In this document: positions 25,001 to 34,000 of the stretch, one piece after another
How the letters are laid out: the number at the start of each line of letters is the position of its first letter
Numbering within the stretch: the first letter of the stretch is position 1
Source: Balanoglossus misakiensis
Taxonomy: Eukaryota > Animalia > Hemichordata
Assembly: GCA_040954595.2 (NCBI GenBank)
Contig: CM082583.2
Location: 4,207,374 to 4,271,373, forward strand
Length of the DNA stretch: 64,000 bases
Direction: 5' to 3'
The notes under the pieces: generated by a model
The model's input: the letters and a program-made list of their open reading frames with translations, nothing else
What the model was told of the DNA's origin: nothing
Database searches by the model: none
Program-made: the position numbers and the translations under genes

Positions 25001-28000
25001 CGGCCGTGTCGGGTGTCAACATTCCCGCCAGTGTACTCATCGATGTGATCGACACTAATTCAACCACCGACATGGCTATCGAAGTAGTGTCTGAAAGTCT
25101 CCGAAAATGGATAGAGGTGAGTTTTTTTTGTAAGGCAAGAGCAATGCTTCATAGCAAACACGAACACAATTTGGAATCTCTGTACGTACACTTCAAGTTC
25201 CACTCGCGTCTATAACTGCCGAAAAAAATATAGCGCTATGCCCAAGTCGCGTAAAGAAATCGATTTTAGGACATAACTAATCATGTCTGCCTATTATCTA
25301 AAAAAAATTGTTTGGAAGGATCAGTCAGGCACGAGAGTCAATGTTTACCGTCGGAGGCACGCATAAGTTATATGGGCTATGCATTTAAATTTCTGCAACT
25401 GCGGAACGGATTTGTATTGGTGCACACGAGTATAGTGAGAGTCAAACCTACAGCCCGTCAATCCTTCAGCTCTACGCCAACGAGGATTTATTATACATGT
25501 AATTCAAAATTTTATTGTTGTGTTCTTAGGAACGGCTCAATGGCCACAGCGTTGCCGGCCGTTATGGCGTAATGATCCGCGCTTTGAGAGATTATCAGCA
25601 GGCTGGTTTTGACGACATTATCGACTGGTCGGGTTCAAGCTTGAGACCAAGAATGAAGCTCAAAGTGCAGGGTAAGTAAACCTCAGAACTAACCAATTAT
25701 TAAAGAAAAGATAGAGCGTATGACCTAGCAACGGTTTGAGAGTTTTTGAATATGGATTGTCTTTTCGTCCTCCTTAGATAGAAATAAGCCATATATTTCA
25801 CACGACCTAAACCAAGTTCTGGCAGTCCGAACAAAGTAGTTTTTACCAGTGGCAAACATGTGCTCAGAGATGCCCTGTTTTGTAAAAGTAGTCTTATCGA
25901 GTATTATTGAGTATTTTCTGTACAATATTTGCACAGCTTGTTGATATTATTTATATAAAGTCTCTTTCATTTTACCACAAAATTTCCATCAAATTTATTT
26001 GATTGGAATGTTAAGTGGTGTTAATGTCTACCATATCGTTAGACTAAATTTGCATTGCAGCACATTTTCAAATCGGCATTGGGACACGTAATCTTTACAT
26101 CATATGCAGTCCTTTGATATCAATAAATAAAAATGTCCTTTCAGCTGTTGTTCCAAAGAAGAAGAAGAATGCTTTGTCTGTACATTTTCAAGCTTCATTT
26201 TGGATAGCATTCTGTAAGCTGTTCCAGTATAGCACGGCGCAACAGTTCCATTAACGCTGCGCTGCGACTTCCGTTATTTCAGTGTACAAGTGGCTGGTTG
26301 GTCCCTGGTCAGAGTGCACACAGTCCGACCAGGCGTGCGCCGGCGGTCTTCAAAGCAGGAAGGTCTCCTGTATCGATGCCGCCACCAACGTGCCTGTAGA
26401 CGAGAACTTCTGTCGTTTCCACCCACGCCCGCACTCCGAACAATCATGTGTGACCTCATTCGAACCCAGGTAACCTGCTTTAGGCTAAAAACCAAATTCT
26501 TGATGTGATAACGCTTTTACTTATAATTGCTGGTGTTGACAATGGGTCGCTTCAGTCCGTGTTGTACATGATGAAATAGATACAGTGTGAATTTTAGAAG
26601 TGAGTAAACGCCTCGGGACAGATGATCAGAAAAAAATGATGGCCCTTCAGAGCTTTGCTGCATTCAGTGTCTATTGACCCTTTCTGGAAACGAAGAAGAA
26701 AATAGGGTGTCCACCAAATCACTACTTTACATTTTCTCCATCATAGAGTTAACATAGCGATGGTGGCCATTTTGAATTAAAAACAGAACAATCCGTCTCT
26801 TCCATGTAAACTTTTTTCACGCTGACCCCAAATTTTAGTCTCAATATTGAGTGAGAATAGTCTAAAGTTGCTTTTAGTAAATAATGAGAAGAAATTTAGG
26901 TCTAATTTCCGAGGTGGGTGCTACCTGAAAGTGTGTTCGTCAGGCCGGAAAAGATGGCTGTTCGCCTACTACTGGTCTTCAAGTCACGTGGTCCCATAGA
27001 TAGGCTCTCGGAACAATCCTGACCGGCGGGAAGATATTCCACTCATGTATCGGTGTATGTCTGTTTTGCAGTTGCTATGCGTGGAGACACTTGCCCGACC
27101 CAAACACCGCCTGCAGGAACACGGGAGGGTGTGGAATTGGCACCATTCCGGGTCACATCATTTGCCAGGATACCTACAGCATGGAGAAAGTTCCTGAATA
27201 CTACTGCCGCCGGCACGAAAAGCCAAGTCTGGAGGACTTTCCGGAATTCGGGTAAATCATTTCATAAATTTCCTCAATTTTCCAGTAATGCTGCTCGTAT
27301 TTGCCATTAACGTTGAGCAGACGCATCTATTATTTTTTTCAACTTTTTGCAGTGTCGTCTTTGAAACCGTGTTTACTTGAAATGCACTGTGCAACAATGA
27401 TGCGGGATATGTATGCTTATTATAAGTTGAGAAAAGCTCGTAACATTAAACCCTAAGACCAAATATTAAACTATTATCATTAACAGTAATACAGCCATCA
27501 ATTTAAACTCAAGTACACCAATATTGAAATGCAACACCAACGTAATGTCTTTGTTAATAGTATGGACACATCTTGCTAGTTTAGGACCCTTTACTTACTT
27601 TCCAGATTTGAAAATATCCGTAACTTGTACACAGCAAACGAATAGTATAGGAGCGAAGGGGAAAGTACTTAATTTGAGGAGCTGTCCTTATAGACATATA
27701 TTAAAAGTCGACATATTCGAATCTAATAAAGATTAAGTCGTAATTGTTGTTTTCAAACTAATTTTCAAACGTTCTCCGCACATATTTTGTCAGTTGTGCA
27801 AAGTGGTACATTTTACCGAAATAATTGTAATTTCAATTTTCAGATGCTCTGATTTCACTCGATGCACCTACGATTGGGAAATGACGGACTGGAGTGAATG
27901 TTCAGATGACTGCGGAGGGGGTTATGTGGCAAGGTATGATCACTGCATTGCAAAGTCGAATGTGTGTGTATTCGATGTAACAGTTGAAAGATATGTGTGG

Positions 28001-31000
28001 TCTATTCAAATGATTCAGACTTGATTGGTAAGCATTGGCGAGTCCATATGATTACATTGATAATTGCTAGAAAACAAACTTCTACTATTGTCATTTTCAC
28101 GAAATGTTACTCATAGCTCAGTCAAGCAAAAATGAATTCATTGGTCAACTAAAATCGTATGGTCACCGCGCTCTATTTTGAGATAAATTTCGTTAAATAT
28201 TTTGCTCATAGACAAACCATTGGTGTAAAATGCTGAGTCAGCAGTTTTCTTCTATTAATTAAATTTATGGCTCTGTATTTCAAAAACAACCGCGGTGACC
28301 CCTATATTTTATGTATTCTGTACTTCTTGCAGATCCGCAGATTGTTTCAGCAGCAATGGCACCCAAGTCGACGACAAAAAGTGCACAGCCGTACCTAAAC
28401 CTACAACCCAAGAAAAATGCCAGAATTATAGCGGTGAGTTTCAATTGATACTCGCTTGCCCCTTTCATCGTGAAAACTAACGGCGAATTAATTCAGACTA
28501 CTTCTATCACAATTTTCATTCTCTAAACCATAAAATATCTCTGAGATGTAAACAATTTCATATTAACAGTCATGGTGAAATAGGATCAGGAAAAAAATTG
28601 TTTAGACGACCAGTACTTAAATGACGTCATGTCACAAGCACTGTCCGTGGTAAATGTTACTGACCGAAATCGATGATAAGTCTTCCATCATGCGCCGTAG
28701 TACCCCTACTGACTCCACCCTGATTATTTCCCAGGTTGTGACGTCTGGGAATCTCTGCAGCTTCTACGCCAGGATCAGATTTACAGTGATAGATCACAAA
28801 TTCAACGACAGATCAATCTAACTGTTCCCATGGTCCAAGCCGAAGCGGCCCTCATGGACGCCAAGCAAAACATCGCCGCGAAACATCTGGAACATATGCT
28901 ACAGGTAAACACCGCGCGGTAAACTCTCAATACAATTAGTTAAAGGGACAAAGTCTCTCTCTCGCTGCCCATTTTCCATTAATTATGTTTGATACAAGAT
29001 ACCGTTTTGTGGATATATAGTGAATCAACTTTCAACCACACACAACTTCCATCCCGCTTGTAGACAGGAGAGTGAAAAAAACCTCGCCAAAATGAATTAT
29101 CGGTACGTCTCTACCATTTATTCATTTTGAGCGAGTTTTTAATCTCATATCATACATGCGGGAAGAAGATGTGTGCGGTTGAACATTCATTCATTTACAT
29201 ATACATGTACACATGTACAAATACATACATGTAAACGGTATATTGTATCAAACATCGATGGAAAATGGGCAGCGAGAGGGAGACTTTGTCCCTTTAATCT
29301 CTAACACAAGAAATTGGGAGCTTTGCGCTACATTGTTGTAACGACTGTCGGGCAAATGATTCAACTGTTCCTGTTTTGGAGAACTAGAGTTATTTTTGCA
29401 CACAGTTGAAGTTTGGAGATTATTTTATGTGGCAAATGTTTTAAAGGGCGTTTTATGGAAACCTTGCCTCTTTGAACTAAAGTTATACCAGTATATATTA
29501 ACCCAAAGGGACAATCTACTTCAGTTTATTTTTTAAGCGTGGGTGAGCATTATTTTATGCCATTGATTTTTCTTCTATCACTTTCCTTTACAAGACAATC
29601 CGTGCGAATATGTCTATCCCGGAAGAACTCGCAAAGGCAGAGAGTTTAGAAGCTCTAGCTCGACAAGCCGTCGCCAAGAATACGATCCAAATACCTAGAG
29701 AAGGCAGTTTCTCTTATCCCAACGTCGGCTACCTGGGGCGTGGCTATGACATCTTCTTCGGCAATCCAATGAACGATGACGGTTCTGTGGATCCAGGCTT
29801 TCGGCAGGCTGTTATCGGTCTGACGTATGACCAGGTGAGGTATTCGGCCGATAGGAAGTTTCTCGTCCCGGACCAGGCTGACATCATACGCGAGATGGGC
29901 AGCTACTTCGGCTCGACGACCTCCATCATAACGTCCGAGAGAAGCTACAAGGAGTCGCTGGCCACCGAGGTCAGCGTCGGCGGCAGCTACTCGGGCCTGT
30001 TCGCCAGCGGCTCGTTCAGCGCCAGCGCCTCGTACGCCAAGATGAAGCAGTCCACCATGAACTCGCAGAGCGTGTTCGTGGACATCATCGGCAGGGTGCT
30101 GGTGTACGACGCCCGCCTGGTGCCGTTCAACATGCAGGTCAGCAAAGAGTTCCGAGAGGCGGTCAGCAAGCTGCCGGGAATGCGCTGCTGCGGCTTCAGC
30201 ACCCGCTGCCACCCGGACTGCAAGCTCTACGATGAATTCATCGCGGCGTTCGGCACCCACTACACGCAGACGGTGCTGATGGGAGGGCGCGCCGTGCAGC
30301 GATACCAAATGACGAGCAATTCCATGGAAGAACACCAGTCGCAGGATGTCGGTGTTGGATTTTCAGCTTCGGGTGGATTTGGTGGTACGTATATACACAA
30401 TGCCACAGTCAATCCACTTAGTGACCGTAACAGTCTGCACATCTACACTGACATATTGCAAGCCCCTTTCTTGGTAGACATACCAGCGAAGAATGTTGTT
30501 TTTAACAAATCCAACCATAGCCAAAATAATGTAGAATCTATCACGTATGTGTGTATTATAAGCGACTGTCGCATTGAGAAAGTAAGGGTGGGTATGAGCA
30601 CACAGCACACATGGTTGTGTTGGCTCGCAGGTACTCTTGTCGTCTGCATAGCCTCGAGACAAGCATACATACAAGTAAATACGGTGTCTCCCATGCTGTT
30701 ATAAACACATTACATATCATTCATTTTTTTCCCTTCTCCATCAGGTGTTGCTTCTTTCAGTGCAAGCGCCAGCTTCAAAATGTCCAATTCTATGAGCAAC
30801 AGCCTGTCCACATCATCAGCTTCCAGTAAAGAATTCTTCTTGGGCGGCGAGGCAGGCGTCGGAGAAATATCCGAAGGAAGTACCGATTCCATGAAAGAGT
30901 GGTCGAGTACAGTATTCGACAACCCGGTCCCCATCCGCTACAAACTGTCAACGGTTCTTGATCTCATAACCACAGATATCTTCCCGGACGATAGCAAAAT

Positions 31001-34000
31001 ACAAGATAAACAAGAGGTAAGTACAGTAGACATACGTTCAGCACACTTACCACGAAAACCACTACAAGGCTATGCATGCGTTGAGCATACAGTACATATG
31101 TATAACCTAATCTATCTGCATGGTTTGAGTTTTGGGGCGACTCACAGGCCCGAGGAGACACAAATGTATGAAGTTACCCAAATATGACCAGTCAGTACGT
31201 GTTTCATGCGACACCTCATCCGACAGTAGCGCATTGGGGGAAATCTCTCCGCTGTCATCAAGTTAGACGACATCGCCATCTTTGTTTACGTTTTCTGGGG
31301 TGCGCATGCGTAGATGGTTCTTTCCAACTTAACCAGACAACCGTTCGAAAACTGTTGACCGGTAACTGTAAGTACAGAAGTAACAGCGCCAAAGTGACGC
31401 ACCCCACGTGACTGCACATCGGAGAATCACTTGCAACCAAGATTACGAATGTGGTGTGTTATCCCACAAATAGACGTGTGCATTTTATAAACACGGGTTT
31501 CTGCTTTCACGGTGATTCAGGTCCTTCAATCAAGGTATCAGAGTTACTGCGGTCGCATACCCAACGCTCAGTGTGGAGACTTCAGCACACAGGAAGATAT
31601 CCAAGAAGAGAACGTTGTCCACTTTGGCGACGTCGTCCACTTCATCATGGACAGCACCGATGGGAAACAATTTGTTATGCAAGAGAAATTGAACGCTCTA
31701 TATGTCACTTCAAGTGATAAAGGTTAGTACATATACATGTATATATGTTTGCCTGTGTTTAAGTGAAACTCAAAATCTGTGAACGTGAATTGCAGCACTC
31801 CTATTGTCTGAAATAATGCTGATCCTTGTGTCCCATTCGCGGAGAACACCTTCCCATATGGTGACATAGGTTGCGATGGTGAGTATACTCAAATCCAGAT
31901 GCACGTGTTGAGAAGACCGTCAATCTGTGATATTGAAATTACATGTTATCCGCAAGAAAACCGTTGTATGCCCAACAAAGTGCAGCCGTTATATCGGCGC
32001 AGTCATGGCAGTATGGAGCTAAACACACACATTGTAATCTCTGTCCTACCAGGTACCCATTACTCCTGGGTGGAGAGATTCCACTGTTCTAACAACTGGA
32101 CTATGATTCGGGCTGACTTGATCATCACGTATAGAATCAAAATAAGAGGAATATTTACCACTGCTTGCTCAAATATAGCCATTATCGCCCGATATTTATT
32201 GCAAAATAGTGTGTTTGGTCCGTTCGTGGCTTAGCCTTATATCTTAATTAGCTGTCGAATACCAGTTTGCATTGATATAGTCTTACGTGAGATTAATTTT
32301 AACCCAGGTAAACAATTTCAGAGAATTTTCATAATTCGACTTTCAGACTTCAGATACTGGTTTCAAACGCCAACTATCACTTCATTGTCCGGTAAACTGT
32401 GTACATGGGTGCAGAAGACCTCTAGAGGGCGCCAGAATCCACATGGTACTGACTGGTTGAAATTCATGACAGAAGTAACCACTCGTATACACTCGAGATC
32501 GGTCATATATAGAGGTACAGTAAAATGTTGTCAACGACACATTTTATTACTTCAAACGTGTGTGTTGAGGGGTATACTTGTCCAGTTTGGGGTTATGGTT
32601 CGGCTGAGTATACTTTGATGTGTTGACGTATTTCTTTGCAACGTGAGTAAAAGCTTCATTATCTGTAACTTTTCGCTATATTCTCGGTACTTTTGTTTTG
32701 TGTATCTATTGCATTTTTCTGGTCCAAATTCCTGAAGCATGGTGAAATACACAGTATCTAGCTCATCAGCAGTATAGTTAACATTGTCGTTGTGCAAAAC
32801 TTTAATTCAAGTCCGGACTAGAATTAATTTGTCAACAATGACAATGGCCGTTACACACATACAGGATATACTCTATGTAGACAAGCGGAATACTCGATAC
32901 ACTAGCATGCTGTTTGCAGTAGAGAAAGAAATGGCATTTGATGCACAGAACATAAATACTGGAAGTAAAGCCAAAGATACAGCTTTTGTCCCTTTAATAA
33001 ATTGCGGGAATTTTCGACTGTACTGATATTTATTTTATTTTTTGGCCATTTTGCCTTAAATAAGTGTTTTCTTGAAATACTATCAGGCAATATCATTTAA
33101 TAGACGGAATCAGACATTATTGAAAACTTGAATGTGTTAGGTTCATAATAATGCATTGTGGGGGGAAAGTGGCAAGTGTCACTGTGTACCATGTGACCTG
33201 GTCTCAAGCCATGATTGTATTACAGGTGCGAAGCACTTTTGGTTTAATTAATGTAAAATGCAAACAATAGATATGCAATGCAGCAGGCCATCCAATGGCA
33301 AAATGTACTATGTATGCAAAAATCACCCTCGGTGATGGCTGCTTAACACACAAATTGACATTTCCAAGCAAAACATCATGGGCTTCTCATTATTGGTGAC
33401 ATCATAGTTTTAATGAATTGATTACAGGGATGTCGCAAGACGTCTGTGAAGAGCGATGCAAGCAGAGGAGCAACTGCAAAGCTGGCAGCCACACTTCAGC
33501 AGTTGCAAATGGTTTCTGTATACTATTTACATCACCTGAACACGACAACTTTAGGGCACAATTGGTAAGCAAGATTGATCCAGTGTCCGTCATCGTTCTG
33601 ATCAAGTTATATGCAAGTTGTATGTGCATTTGCATAAATGTCTGTACTTGTACATGTCTTGCTGATCTGTGGCGTCTATACATGAATGGGAATCAAGCAA
33701 ACGATTCATCCAAGAACATGTTACAAACAAGCTCACTGCCTCCCACTGTCGCATCACGTTATATTTGGAAATGTCCGCAAACAAAAGCGCAGTTAAGTAT
33801 CGTGCCCCCCCCCCACCTAGTGTAACATCAGAACTTAGTACGGGATGTCAATCTGCTCCTTCATGATATGTTACAGGGCTATGCTGATGACTTAACTTAT
33901 CACTGGTCATGCTACAATGAGTTCGACCCCGAGCGATTTGGCGAGGTGTGGCGTGACCTTCGAATCTACAGTTTTAGAGCTCGGTTTAAAATAGGTAAGA

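Noticed and set aside
29655-30335. 226-aa antisense ORF, and high GC3 of the MACPF exon as a sign of recent horizontal transfer
   Set aside because: It is the antisense shadow of GC3-rich codons; similar GC-rich cores occur in the long exons of SLC25A46 and the Tctex1 gene, so GC alone is not evidence of transfer.
31809-31811. In-frame TGA as selenocysteine or readthrough in exon 25
   Set aside because: It would need a weak alternative phase-2 donor, and no SECIS was recognised; a 1-nt indel or exon skipping is simpler.
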